This document shows, in pieces, positions 37,198 to 51,086 of a stretch of DNA of 64,000 nucleotides. This stretch comes from Gemmatimonadales bacterium (GTDB lineage: Bacteria; Gemmatimonadota; Gemmatimonadetes; Longimicrobiales; Gaopeijiaceae), in contig CANMOI010000004.1 in the NCBI GenBank assembly GCA_947499465.1, positions 14,023 through 78,022 of the forward strand. The letters run 5' to 3'. The notes below the pieces were generated by a model. The model searched no databases. It was not told the origin of the DNA and saw only the letters and a program-made list of their open reading frames with translations. Both the position numbers and the translations under genes were made by a program. Numbering within the stretch: the stretch's first letter is position 1; each line of letters starts with the position of its first letter.

Positions 37198-37280
37198 GGT
37201 GGGATACCGAAGCGGCCAACCGGGGCAGACTGTAAATCTGCTGGCTTATGCCTACGAAGGTTCGAATCCTTCTCCCACCA
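37198..37280 (+). tRNA. tRNA-Tyr (anticodon GUA), long variable arm
   Basis: GGTGGGA...GCAGA-CTGTAAA-TCTGC...GAAGG-TTCGAAT-CCTTC-TCCCACC-A. Close to E. coli tyrT. Confidence 0.9.
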
Positions 37281-37310
37281 CTTGGGTCAGACCGGTGCGG
37301 GGGATTTTCG

Positions 37311-37384
37311 CGGGAGTAGCTCAGTTGGCTAGAGCATCAGCCTTCCAAGCTGAGGGTCGCGGGTTCGAATCCCGTCTCCCGCTC
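37311..37384 (+). tRNA. tRNA-Gly (anticodon UCC)
   Basis: GCGGGAG...TCAGC-CTTCCAA-GCTGA...GCGGG-TTCGAAT-CCCGT-CTCCCGC-T. Confidence 0.9.
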
Positions 37385-37610
37385 TGAGTAGAGAGTTTGA
37401 GACCAGGAAGGCAGGAAGCAGGGCAGCTGAGCGGTCGGGGTTTGAGCGAGCAGGGGTATGGTCGATCGGGCAGCATGATCGACCGATGCGCTCAAATCAG
37501 TCTGAGCCAAGGAAGGCGAGTATCGCGACTGAGGCGTACCTGAAAAGGTACGCCGCAAGGAGCGACACGGAGCCTAACGCCGGATCAGGCTGATTTCAGC
37601 GTCATCGCCC

Positions 37611-37682
37611 GCTCTGATAGCTCAGCGGTAGAGCGCTTCCTTGGTAAGGAAGAGGTCCCGGGTTCAATCCCCGGTCAGAGCT
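37611..37682 (+). tRNA. tRNA-Thr (anticodon GGU)
   Basis: GCTCTGA...CTTCC-TTGGTAA-GGAAG...CCGGG-TTCAATC-CCCGG-TCAGAGC-T. Confidence 0.9.
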
Positions 37683-37718
37683 TTTGTCAGCGGATTTTTT
37701 CGAGATCGGGAGATCGCG

Positions 37719-37868
37719 ATGAGGGACAAGATCACGCTCGCATGCGGCACGTGCGAAGAGCGGAATTACGCGACGGACAAGAACAAGCGACTCCACCCCG
37801 AGCGGGTGGAGCGGAAGAAGTATTGCCCGCGCTGCCGGAAGCATACGGCGCACAAGGAGACCAAGTAG
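37719..37868 (+). CDS. rpmG: 50S ribosomal protein L33
   Basis: [24 protein letters not shown]...[17 protein letters not shown]. Confidence 0.9.
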   Translation: MRDKITLACGTCEERNYATDKNKRLHPERVERKKYCPRCRKHTAHKETK

Positions 37869-37871
37869 GCG

Positions 37872-38102
37872 ATGGCCGAAGTCTCCGTCGTCTCGAAGGG
37901 TAATCTGGTCTCGAGCAGCAAGCTGTTCGTCCAGGAATGCGTCGCCGAGCTCAAGAAAGTCACTTGGCCCGACTCCGAGCAGCTGCGCAGTGCCACCCTG
38001 GTGGTGCTCCTCTTCGTCATCGGGATCAGCATCGTGATCTGGCTCATGGACGTCGCAGTGAGGTCCATCGTGAACGCGACCATGGGGATCTTCGGCGCCT
38101 GA
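37872..38102 (+). CDS. secE: preprotein translocase subunit SecE
   Basis: FVQECVAELKKVTWP followed by a single TM. Position between rpmG and nusG. Confidence 0.85.
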   Translation: MAEVSVVSKGNLVSSSKLFVQECVAELKKVTWPDSEQLRSATLVVLLFVIGISIVIWLMDVAVRSIVNATMGIFGA

Positions 38103-38653
38103 TGTCCGTCGGCAAGCGTTGGTACGCGATCCAGAGCTACTCGGGCCACGAGAACAAGGTTCAAAAGCTCATCCTCCGGAAGATCGAGGACGAGCCGGGA
38201 GACACGCCCGAGGCGAAGCAGATCTCGGCCGTGCTGGTCCCGACGCAGGATGTGATGGAGATCCGCAACGGGAAGCGGGTCACGGTGACGCGGCGGCTGT
38301 ACCCCGGTTACGTGCTGGTGCAGATGATCCTGAACGAGCGCACCGTGCACGTGATCAACAACATCCAGGGCGTGATCAAGTTCGTCGGGACGGGCCAGGA
38401 TCCTAAGCCCCTCCGCGACGAGGAGATCAACAAGATCCTGGGAGTCACGACGGGGGAGGACGAAGAAGATACTCGCGAGGAGATCCCGTTCCACATCGGT
38501 CAGGTGGTCGAGATCACCCAGGGTCCCTTCACCGACTTCTCAGGGAGGGTGCAGGAAGTGTTCTCGGAAAAGGGAAAAGTGAAGGTCGAGGTCAGCCTGT
38601 TCGGGCGCCCGACCTCCGTCGAGCTGGACTACACGCAGTTGAAGGGGTTCTGA
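38102..38653 (+). CDS. nusG: transcription termination/antitermination factor NusG
   Basis: KRWYAIQSYSGHENKV...YPGYVLVQM...KOW motif GQVVEITQGPFTDFSG. Confidence 0.95.
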   Translation: MSVGKRWYAIQSYSGHENKVQKLILRKIEDEPGDTPEAKQISAVLVPTQDVMEIRNGKRVTVTRRLYPGYVLVQMILNERTVHVINNIQGVIKFVGTGQDPKPLRDEEINKILGVTTGEDEEDTREEIPFHIGQVVEITQGPFTDFSGRVQEVFSEKGKVKVEVSLFGRPTSVELDYTQLKGF

Positions 38654-38656
38654 GCC

Positions 38657-39079
38657 ATGAAGAAAGTCGTCGGATTCGTGAAGCTCCATGTGCCGGGTGG
38701 GCAGGCCAACCCCGCGCCCCCGGTCGGACCCGCGCTGGGACAGCACGGCGTCAACATCATGGAGTTCTGCAAGCAGTTCAATTCGCGCACGCAGGGTCAG
38801 ATCGGCCTCACGATCCCCTGCGAGATCACCGTCTACGGTGACCGGTCGTTCACGTTCATCACCAAGACGCCGCCCGCCGCCGTCCTGATCCGGAAGGCCA
38901 TCGGGCTCGAGAAGGGCTCGGGCGTTCCAAACAAGGACAAGGTCGGCAAGCTCACGCAGAAGCAGGTGCGCGAGATCGCCACGGCGAAGCTGCCCGACCT
39001 GAACACGAAGAACATCGACTCGGCGATGAAGCAGGTCGCCGGCACCGCCCGCAGCATGGGAGTGGAAGTCGAGAAGTAG
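38657..39079 (+). CDS. rplK: 50S ribosomal protein L11
   Basis: [30 protein letters not shown]. Confidence 0.95.
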   Translation: MKKVVGFVKLHVPGGQANPAPPVGPALGQHGVNIMEFCKQFNSRTQGQIGLTIPCEITVYGDRSFTFITKTPPAAVLIRKAIGLEKGSGVPNKDKVGKLTQKQVREIATAKLPDLNTKNIDSAMKQVAGTARSMGVEVEK

Positions 39080-39081
39080 GA

Positions 39082-39101
39082 GCAGTCGCAGTACCCGCAG
39101 T
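39082..39101 (+). repeat. three GCAGT repeats directly after the rplK stop
   Basis: GCAGTcGCAGTacccGCAGT, read directly from the sequence. Confidence 0.6.
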
Positions 39102-39182
39102 ACCTAACTGATGTGAGTCCGTTGAACCACCGCGTTGCGAGCCGCCACCGGTGGGAGGACGATACGAGTCGGCTCGGAAAGC

Positions 39183-39884
39183 ATGCCAAGACACGGCCGC
39201 AAGTTCCGCGAGGCACGCGAAAAGGTGCCCGCGGGGGCCAAGTTCGCGCCTGATGAAGCGGTTTCGCTCGTCAAGCAGCTGAGCTTTGCCAAATTCGACG
39301 AGACCGTCGAGGTCGCCACGCGCCTGAGCGTGGATCCCCGCAAGGCGGACCAGATCGTCCGCGGCACCGTCGTGCTCCCTCACGGGACCGGTAAGACGGT
39401 GCGCGTCTATGTTGCCGCGCAGGGAGAAAAGGAAAACGAGGCGCGCGAAGCCGGCGCCGATTTCGTCGGCCTCGACCTGCTCGCGAAGATCGCGGAGGGC
39501 TGGCTCGACTTCGACGTCATGGTCGCCACGCCGGACGTGATGGGTAAGGTCGGTCCGCTCGGTCGCGTGCTCGGCCCCCGCGGCCTGATGCCTACCCCGA
39601 AGGCGGGCACGGTGACCTTCGACGTGGCCAAGGCGGTCAAGGACATCAAGGGCGGCAAGATCGAGTTCCGCGTCGACAAGACCGGAAACGTGCACGCTCC
39701 GATCGGACGGATCTCGTTCTCGCCCGAGCAGCTCTCGGCGAACCTGGGCGCGTTCATGGACCAGATCGTGCGTGCGCGGCCCGCGGCGGCGAAGGGCGGC
39801 TACATCAAGAGCGTGACGATCTCGAGCACGATGGGGCCGGGCGTGTCGATCGACGTCAACTCGTACCGCCGGAGCACCACATGA
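39183..39884 (+). CDS. rplA: 50S ribosomal protein L1
   Basis: [34 protein letters not shown]. Confidence 0.95.
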   Translation: MPRHGRKFREAREKVPAGAKFAPDEAVSLVKQLSFAKFDETVEVATRLSVDPRKADQIVRGTVVLPHGTGKTVRVYVAAQGEKENEAREAGADFVGLDLLAKIAEGWLDFDVMVATPDVMGKVGPLGRVLGPRGLMPTPKAGTVTFDVAKAVKDIKGGKIEFRVDKTGNVHAPIGRISFSPEQLSANLGAFMDQIVRARPAAAKGGYIKSVTISSTMGPGVSIDVNSYRRSTT

Positions 39885-40405
39885 AGAAGACCGAGAAGGA
39901 AGTCTTCGTCACCGCATTCCGGGAGCGCCTCGGGAGGAGTCAGGTGTTCTATCTGACCGACTTCACCGGGCTCGACGTGAGGTCGCTCTCGAAGCTGCGG
40001 CAGAGCCTGCGCGATTCGGGTGCCGAGTACGTGGTGGGGAAGAACCGCCTGATCCAGCTCGCGCTCAAGGAGTCCGATCAGCCCGACCTGGGCGACGCGC
40101 TCAACGGGCCGACCGGGGTCGTGTTCGGGTTCGCCGACGTGGTCGGCCCCGCGAAGGTCCTGACCGACTTCGCGAAGGACAACCAGGACCGCCCGGTGTT
40201 CAAGCTGGGCGTGCTCGACAAGAAGGTGATCCAGCCGACGCAGATCGGTCAGCTGGCGAAGCTGCCTCCCCGCGAGGTGCTGCTGGCGCAGCTCGCAGGC
40301 GCGCTCCAGGCGCCGCTGGCGACCATGGCGGGGGTGCTCGAGGCGAAGCTCCAGGAGATGTCCGGTCTTCTGGATGCTCTTAAGGAGAAGCGCGGAAGCG
40401 CTTGA
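39881..40405 (+). CDS. rplJ: 50S ribosomal protein L10
   Basis: ATGA overlap with rpl[13 protein letters not shown]...[13 protein letters not shown]. Confidence 0.9.
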   Translation: MKKTEKEVFVTAFRERLGRSQVFYLTDFTGLDVRSLSKLRQSLRDSGAEYVVGKNRLIQLALKESDQPDLGDALNGPTGVVFGFADVVGPAKVLTDFAKDNQDRPVFKLGVLDKKVIQPTQIGQLAKLPPREVLLAQLAGALQAPLATMAGVLEAKLQEMSGLLDALKEKRGSA

Positions 40406-40479
40406 GATTCCGCCCGACGTTAACGGTTCAACCTTCACGGCCGGCGTTGGCCGGGTGACCTGAGGAGAGGAGAGAGAAA

Positions 40480-40857
40480 ATGTCGAAGCAGACGGAGATT
40501 CTCGACCAGATCGGTGGATTGACGGTCATCGAGCTGTCGGAGCTGATCGAGGCGTTCAAGGAAAAGTTCAACGTCCAGGCCTTGGCGGTCGCTGCCCCCT
40601 CGGGCGGCGGCGGTGGCGTGGCGGCACCTGAAGCCGTCGTCGAGCAGGAGGAGTTCGCCGTCATCCTCCAGGCCTCGGGCGACAAGAAGATTCAGGTCAT
40701 CAAGGTGATCCGTGAGATCACCGCCCTCGGCCTCAAGGAGGCCAAAGAGCTCGTCGATGGTGCGCCCAAGACCGTGAAAGAGGGCATCACCAAGGACGAG
40801 GCAAATCAGATCAAGGCCAAGCTGGAAGAGCAGGGGGCTACGGTCACCCTGAAGTAG
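40480..40857 (+). CDS. rplL: 50S ribosomal protein L7/L12
   Basis: [17 protein letters not shown]...[24 protein letters not shown]. Confidence 0.95.
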   Translation: MSKQTEILDQIGGLTVIELSELIEAFKEKFNVQALAVAAPSGGGGGVAAPEAVVEQEEFAVILQASGDKKIQVIKVIREITALGLKEAKELVDGAPKTVKEGITKDEANQIKAKLEEQGATVTLK

Positions 40858-40860
40858 TAG

Positions 40861-40930
40861 CGGCCGCGGCTGTTCGGCTCGGCTGGTCCGGCATCTCGCC
40901 GGGCCGGCTGGCCGCGCTTCCGTTTCTGTG
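40861..40930 (+). terminator. rplL-rpoB attenuator-type hairpin
   Basis: GCTGGTCCGGC-ATCTC-GCCGGGCCGGC (two G.U pairs), extended by CGCGGC/GCCGCG, then CTTCCGTTTCTGTG. Confidence 0.45.
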
Positions 40931-40973
40931 AGACAACGTTTTTCCCGCGTCGGGTCGACGCGACAGTCCGACT

Positions 40974-45188
<4,215 letters not shown>

Positions 45189-45241
45189 GTGCTGGTGCAA
45201 GACACGATTCTTACGCCCTCAACCCGCTGGGGTGAAAAGGC

Positions 45242-48200
45242 ATGATCGATTTTCCTAGGGCTCGCGAGCAGAGGTCTGCGGACTTCGACTTCATCCAGCT
45301 CAAGATCGCTTCTCCGGAAGAGATCCGAAGCTGGTCGTACGGCGAGGTCACCAAGCCGGAGACCATCAACTACCGCTCGTTCAAGCCCGAGCGCGACGGG
45401 CTCTTCTGCGAGCGCATCTTCGGTCCTGTAAAGGATTGGGAGTGCCATTGCGGGAAGTTCAAGCGCATCCGCTTCCGCGGGCACGTGTGCGACCGCTGCG
45501 GCGTCGAGGTAACGCTGTCGAAGGTCCGCCGCGAGCGCATGGGCCATATCGAGTTGGCGGTGCCGGTCGCGCACATCTGGTTCTTCAAGACGCTACCCAG
45601 CCAGCTCGGATATCTGCTGGGCATGACGCTGCGCGACCTCGAAAAGGTCGTGTACTACGCTGCGTACGTGGTCACCCACGCGGGCAAGCAGGACGTGCAG
45701 TTCCAGGACTTGCTCGACGAGGACGACTACTACGACCTGCGCGTGAAGGCGCGTGAGGAAGGCGACAACGAGTTCCGCGCCGAGATCGGCGCCGAAGCAG
45801 TGCGCACGCTGCTCAAGTTCCTCGACACGCCAGAGCGGAGGTTCCACGACCGCAACTCCGACGGGAAGGGGCTCGATCGCCTTTCCGCTTGGTTGCGCAT
45901 CGAGATCACGACCGAGACCAGCCAGCACCGGAAGAAGAAGAAGCTCAAGCGGCTCAAGGTGGTGGACGCGATCCGCAACTCGGGCCCGACCGCCGACGTG
46001 CGGAATCGCCCCGAGTGGATGATCATGGACGCGGTGCCGGTCATTCCGCCGGACCTGCGCCCGCTCGTTCCGCTCGACGGCGGCCGCTTCGCCACGTCCG
46101 ACCTGAACGACCTGTACCGGCGCGTCATCAACCGGAACAACCGGCTCAAGAAGCTGATCGAGATGCGCGCTCCCGAGGTCATCCTCAGGAACGAGAAGCG
46201 CATGCTGCAGGAGTCGGTGGACGCGCTGTTCGACAACGGCCGCCGTTCCAAGGCGATCCGCGGCCGCGGCAAGCGCCCCCTCAAGTCGCTCAGCGACATG
46301 CTCAAGGGCAAGCAGGGCCGATTCCGTCAGAACCTGCTCGGCAAGCGCGTGGACTACTCGGGCCGCTCGGTCATCGTGGTCGGCCCCGAGCTCAAGCTGC
46401 ACCAGTGCGGTCTGCCCAAGGCGATGGCCGTCGAGCTGTTCAAGCCCTTCATCATCCACGAGCTGGAGAAGAGGGGCGAGGCCGAGACGGTGAAGCGCGC
46501 GAAGAAGATCGTCGAGCGCGACGATCCAAAGGTGTACGAGGTGCTCGAGGACATCATCCGCGACCACCCCGTGATGCTGAACCGCGCGCCGACCCTGCAC
46601 CGCCTGGGCATCCAGGCGTTCGAGCCCGTGCTGGTCGAGGGTAAGGCCATCCGGATCCATCCGCTCGTGTGCGCGGCGTTCAACGCCGACTTCGACGGGG
46701 ACCAGATGGCGGTGCACGTGCCGCTCTCGTTCGAGGCGCAGCTGGAGGCCCGCGTGCTCATGCTTGCCAGCAACAACATCCTCCTGCCGTCGAACGGTCG
46801 GCCCGTGGCCGCCCCCACGCAGGACATGGTGATCGGGTCGTACTACCTGACCAACCTGTCCCTGAAGGTGAAGGACCTTGAGGCCGCGGCGTCCGACCAG
46901 AAGCGCGCCAAGGGCGAGCGCGACGCGGCCGACGCCGAGTTGGACAAGCTGTACAAGAACGCGCTCCGCTTCGCGACGTTCGGCGAGGTGGAGATGGCGA
47001 TCTCGACCGGCAAGCTCGAGTTCAACTCGCTGTGCTGGTTCTGGGTCCCGGTCATGGTCGGGGAAGAGGACACGCGCGGCCGCTGGCTGCGTACCACGGC
47101 CGGCCGCATCCTCTTCAACTCGATCGTGCCCCCGGAGCTCGGCTTCCTGAACCGCACGTTCGGGAAGAAGGAGCTGGGCGACCTCGTGTTCGACTGCTTC
47201 ACGATCGCGGGTCTCTCCCGGTGCACGGCCTTCCTGGACAACCTCAAGGACTTCGGCTTCCGCTACGCCACCATGGGCGGCATCAGCGTGGGCATCGAGG
47301 ACCTCGAGGTGCCGGCCGAGAAGGTCGAGATCCTGCGCGACGCCGACGAGCAGGTCACGCGCTTCCAGCGTGCCTACTCGAGCGGATACATCTCGAACGG
47401 CGAGCGCTACAACAAGGTCATCGACACCTGGACCCACGCGAACAACGACGTGGCCGACGCGATGGTGCGTCACCTCGAGCGCAGCAAGGACGGCTTCAAC
47501 CCCGTCTTCATGATGATGACGTCCGGCGCGCGCGGTAACCGCGACCAAATGCGTCAGCTGGCCGGGATGCGCGGGCTGATGGCCAAGCCGCAGAAGAAGC
47601 TGACCGGAGGCATCGGCGAAATCATCGAGAGCCCGATCAAGTCGAACTTCCGTGAAGGTCTAACGGTGGTCGAGTACTTCATCAGCACTCACGGGGCGCG
47701 CAAAGGCCTCGCCGACACGGCGCTCAAGACGGCCGACGCCGGCTATCTGACGCGCCGTCTGGTGGACGTCGCCCAGGACGTGGTGGTCACCAGCGACGAC
47801 TGCGGCACGATCATGGGGCTGGAGACGATCGCGCTGAAGGAAGGCGAGGACATCATCGAACCGCTGGGCGACCGCATCGTCGGCAACGTCGCTCTCGAGG
47901 ACGTCTACGATCCGATCGACGGCGAGCTGCTGGTCGAGGCGGGCGACCTGATCGAGGTCGAGGCCGCCGAGGCGATCGAAGAAGCGGGCATCCAGTCCGT
48001 GAAGATCCGGTCGGTACTGACCTGCGAGGCCCGTCGCGGTCTCTGCCGGGCATGCTACGGCCGCAACCTGGCCACCATGAAGACGGTGGACATCGGCGAG
48101 GCGGTCGGCATCCTGGCGGCGCAGTCGATCGGCGAGCCGGGCACGCAGCTCACCCTGCGTACCTTCCACATCGGTGGTACGGCCGCCCGCATCGCTGCTC

Positions 48201-49543
48201 AGACACAGCGTAAGAGCAAGATCGACGGACAGGTCGCGCTCGACCGCGTCACGACCGTTCTGACCCCGAACAACGAAAAGATCGTCACGTCGCGCGAAGG
48301 TCAGATCATCTTGATGACGAAGGAAGGCCAGATCCGGAGCCGCTTGTCGGTTCCGTACGGCGCCACGCTATCGGTTGTCGAAAGTCAGGAGATCGCCTCG
48401 GGCGACCTGCTGTTCAGCTGGGACCCGTACTCGGAGCCGCTGGTCGCGGACTCCGCGGGCGTGATCAAGTTCATCGACATCATCGACGAAGCGACGATGC
48501 GCGAAGAGCTCGACGAGTCCACGGGCCGTAGGCAGATGACGATCATCGAGGACCGGGAGAAGAAGCTCCACCCGATGATCCAGATCGTCGCCAAGGGAAA
48601 AAAGCAGGAGAAGCTGAGGGAGTTCATCGTTCCGGTGGGCGCCCAGCTGACCGTGCGCGACACGCAGGAAGTCGCGCCCGGCGACACCATCGCCAAGATC
48701 AGCCGCGAGGTCTACAAGACGCGCGACATCACGGGCGGCCTGCCGCGCATCGCGGAGCTGTTCGAGGCGCGCCGTCCGAAGGATCCGGCGGTCATCACCG
48801 AGATCGACGGCAAGGTGAGCTTCGGCGACATCAAGCGCGGCAAGCGCGAGGTCGTCGTCACTCCCGAGACCGGCCCGGCGCGGACGTACGAGGTCCCGGT
48901 CGGTAAGCACATGCGCGTCCACGCGGGCGACCAGGTGCGCGCGGGCGACCGTCTGTCCGAGGGCCCGATCAACCCGCACGACATCCTGCGCATCAAGGGA
49001 CCGCGCGCGGTGCAGGAATACCTCCTGAACGAGATCCAGGAGGTCTACCGGCTCCAGGGCGTGAAGATCAACGACAAACACATCGGCGTAATCGTCCGCC
49101 AGATGCTTCAGAAGGTGAAGATCACGGATCCGGGCGACACCGCGCTGCTCGAAGGCGAGAACGTGGATCGTACGGAGTTCCGCAATCTGAACCAGAAGAC
49201 CATGGCCGAGGGCAGCAAGCCCGCGCGCAGCGAGCCGCTGCTGCTCGGGATCACCAAGGCCAGCCTCACCACCGAGTCGTTCATCTCGGCGGCCTCCTTC
49301 CAGGAGACCACTCGAGTGCTGACCGACGCGGCGGTGCGGGGAGCGCGCGACGATCTGAAGGGCCTGAAGGAGAACATCATCATCGGGCACCTGATTCCCG
49401 CCGGCACCGGCATCCACCGCTACTCGGACGTCGAGTTCATGGTGGAGCAGTCGTACTACGACGAGGCGATCATGCCTCTCGCCGAGCCGGGCGAGTTCGT
49501 TCCCGGTCTGGCCGCGGACGCCGAAGAGGTGACCGCAGACTGA
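45242..49543 (+). CDS. rpoC: DNA-directed RNA polymerase subunit beta'
   Basis: 1433 aa. Zinc finger [20 protein letters not shown] and catalytic [12 protein letters not shown]. Confidence 0.95.
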   Translation: MIDFPRAREQRSADFDFIQLKIASPEEIRSWSYGEVTKPETINYRSFKPERDGLFCERIFGPVKDWECHCGKFKRIRFRGHVCDRCGVEVTLSKVRRERMGHIELAVPVAHIWFFKTLPSQLGYLLGMTLRDLEKVVYYAAYVVTHAGKQDVQFQDLLDEDDYYDLRVKAREEGDNEFRAEIGAEAVRTLLKFLDTPERRFHDRNSDGKGLDRLSAWLRIEITTETSQHRKKKKLKRLKVVDAIRNSGPTADVRNRPEWMIMDAVPVIPPDLRPLVPLDGGRFATSDLNDLYRRVINRNNRLKKLIEMRAPEVILRNEKRMLQESVDALFDNGRRSKAIRGRGKRPLKSLSDMLKGKQGRFRQNLLGKRVDYSGRSVIVVGPELKLHQCGLPKAMAVELFKPFIIHELEKRGEAETVKRAKKIVERDDPKVYEVLEDIIRDHPVMLNRAPTLHRLGIQAFEPVLVEGKAIRIHPLVCAAFNADFDGDQMAVHVPLSFEAQLEARVLMLASNNILLPSNGRPVAAPTQDMVIGSYYLTNLSLKVKDLEAAASDQKRAKGERDAADAELDKLYKNALRFATFGEVEMAISTGKLEFNSLCWFWVPVMVGEEDTRGRWLRTTAGRILFNSIVPPELGFLNRTFGKKELGDLVFDCFTIAGLSRCTAFLDNLKDFGFRYATMGGISVGIEDLEVPAEKVEILRDADEQVTRFQRAYSSGYISNGERYNKVIDTWTHANNDVADAMVRHLERSKDGFNPVFMMMTSGARGNRDQMRQLAGMRGLMAKPQKKLTGGIGEIIESPIKSNFREGLTVVEYFISTHGARKGLADTALKTADAGYLTRRLVDVAQDVVVTSDDCGTIMGLETIALKEGEDIIEPLGDRIVGNVALEDVYDPIDGELLVEAGDLIEVEAAEAIEEAGIQSVKIRSVLTCEARRGLCRACYGRNLATMKTVDIGEAVGILAAQSIGEPGTQLTLRTFHIGGTAARIAAQTQRKSKIDGQVALDRVTTVLTPNNEKIVTSREGQIILMTKEGQIRSRLSVPYGATLSVVESQEIASGDLLFSWDPYSEPLVADSAGVIKFIDIIDEATMREELDESTGRRQMTIIEDREKKLHPMIQIVAKGKKQEKLREFIVPVGAQLTVRDTQEVAPGDTIAKISREVYKTRDITGGLPRIAELFEARRPKDPAVITEIDGKVSFGDIKRGKREVVVTPETGPARTYEVPVGKHMRVHAGDQVRAGDRLSEGPINPHDILRIKGPRAVQEYLLNEIQEVYRLQGVKINDKHIGVIVRQMLQKVKITDPGDTALLEGENVDRTEFRNLNQKTMAEGSKPARSEPLLLGITKASLTTESFISAASFQETTRVLTDAAVRGARDDLKGLKENIIIGHLIPAGTGIHRYSDVEFMVEQSYYDEAIMPLAEPGEFVPGLAADAEEVTAD

Positions 49544-49568
49544 CGCGGCTGTATCGCTGCGCTACGCC

Positions 49569-49607
49569 GAGGGGCGTCCCCATCACGGGGACGCCCCTCT
49601 TGTTTTG
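49569..49607 (+). terminator. strong intrinsic terminator after rpoC
   Basis: GAGGGGCGTCCCC-ATCAC-GGGGACGCCCCTC followed by TTGTTTTG. Confidence 0.8.
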
Positions 49608-49785
49608 CCCCCGGCGATCAAATCCGCCCCGAAGGCCGACTTCAAGGGCATGAGCAAGCGGAAGGAATCGTGGTTTTACTCCTCCTGCTGGCACACGCAT
49701 TGCGAATACAGCCCTCCAAGAGAGCGATGTGAATCTGGGACGCAGACAAGAGACCCGGCGCTGAATGCGCCGGAGGAGAAACGAA

Positions 49786-50778
49786 ATGACGACGGTACTC
49801 AAAGGTTTGACGATGGCGGCCCTTATCGCCGCAGCCGTGACCGCCCCGGCCAGCGCTCAGCAGAAGAGCTGGGGATTCGGCGTCTACGGAGCGTATTTCA
49901 AGTCCGGCACCCTCGCGAAGGGCGCCACGGATAGCCGGCTGCAGCTCGACAACAAGAGGACGCTCGGTGGCAGTCTCGAGTGGTGGATGGGCTCGGGTCG
50001 CGTCGGCCTCCGCGCGAACGTGGACAAGACGAACTCGCCGTGGATCATCGATAACGACGAGAACCCCAACTCCGCGGGCATTCCCGGGGCCCAGGCCCAG
50101 CTCGACGCGACCGGCAAGAACGTGGACGTCCTGGCGGGCGATGCCAACCTGATGATTCGCCTGCTCGCGCCGACGGTGGATCGGCGGTTCGCTCCGTTCA
50201 TCAGTCTGGGCGGCGGCTTCATGAAGTGGGGCCAGCAGACCGACAGTCAGCCGATCGACCTGCGCGTCAACGAAGTGGACGTCCAGATTCAGGGGAACAA
50301 CCAGACCGAGCCCGCCCTCACCGCGAGCCTCGGCACTGACTTCTTCCTCATGAACAACGTCGCGCTGCGTCTCGAGGCGAAGGACTATTACAACTGGAGC
50401 TCGCCCTACGTCCAGTTGAGCACCATCACCGCCTCGGAAAACCGGCACCACGGTGGCACGCACAACATGGTGTACTCGGCGGGTCTGGCCTTCCTGTTCG
50501 GTGGGAATCGCGTCGAGGAGCCCGGATTCATCGCCGTGGCGCCCGCACCGGCACCGACACCGGCTCCCGCGCCGGCCCCCGCTCCCCGCGTGACGGCGGA
50601 GCAGGTGGCCGATGTGCGTAGTGAATTCGAACGGTCAGCTCGAAACGGTGCAGGCCACGCGCAATCTCGATACGCGCAACATCACGGTGATGCGGAACGG
50701 GACGTCGGTCGCCTTTGCGACCGCGTATCCCGCGAACAATCCGATCTACGTCCAGGGTGCTCCGTGGTACGTGTCGCG
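49786..50778 (+). pseudogene. outer-membrane beta-barrel protein with Pro/Ala linker; frameshifted and lacking a native 3' end
   Basis: The ATG at 49786 follows GGAGGAG. Signal peptide present, with alternating beta-strand pattern ending YSAGLAFLFG, then the linker APAPAPTPAPAPAPAP. After about 50610 the protein-like sequence (CVVNSNGQLETVQATRNLDTRNITVMRNGTSVAFATAYPANNPIYVQGAPWYV) continues only in the +1 frame. Confidence 0.65.
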
Positions 50779-51086
50779 CGTATGTCGTGGTTGGTCTCGA
50801 TCACCATGTAGGCGAGGTCGCCGCCGCCCCACATCAGGCCCGTGAACAGCAGCAGCTGCGCCACCTCGAGCAGGAGGACCGGCAGTGCGCCGATTCCGTC
50901 CTGGGAGATCCCCAAGCCGATCTCGGTCAGCAGGATCAGGAAGAGTCCCACAGCGAGCGTCTTGAAGAGCCTGCCGACGTAGCGCAGGCTCTCGTGTGGC
51001 TCGAGGATCCCGGGGCCGGGCATGAGCGCCCAGCGCGCCTTCGCCTCCTTCGTCTCGGGTGACGGCGGTGCGGCGTTCGGTGTCAT
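50682..51086 (-). CDS. hypothetical membrane protein (2 TM); last ~30 codons probably non-native
   Basis: The start overlaps the mltF stop (ATGA on the minus strand). TM segments LAVGLFLILLTEIGLGI and LPVLLLEVAQLLLFTGLMW. GC3 collapses after ...IETNHD near 50780. Confidence 0.55.
   Translation of the reverse strand: MTPNAAPPSPETKEAKARWALMPGPGILEPHESLRYVGRLFKTLAVGLFLILLTEIGLGISQDGIGALPVLLLEVAQLLLFTGLMWGGGDLAYMVIETNHDIRATRTTEHPGRRSDCSRDTRSQRRPTSRSASP

Noticed and set aside
37337-37558. 73-aa minus-strand ORF in the tRNA cluster
   Set aside because: It overlaps tRNA-Gly in antisense and has no SD or coding bias.
39120-39182. L1 autoregulatory mRNA site upstream of rplA (GGGAGGACGAUACGAGUCGG)
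   Set aside because: It is only a loose resemblance to the GGGAG...GAC L1-binding motif as I remember it. I cannot verify the required helix geometry by eye.
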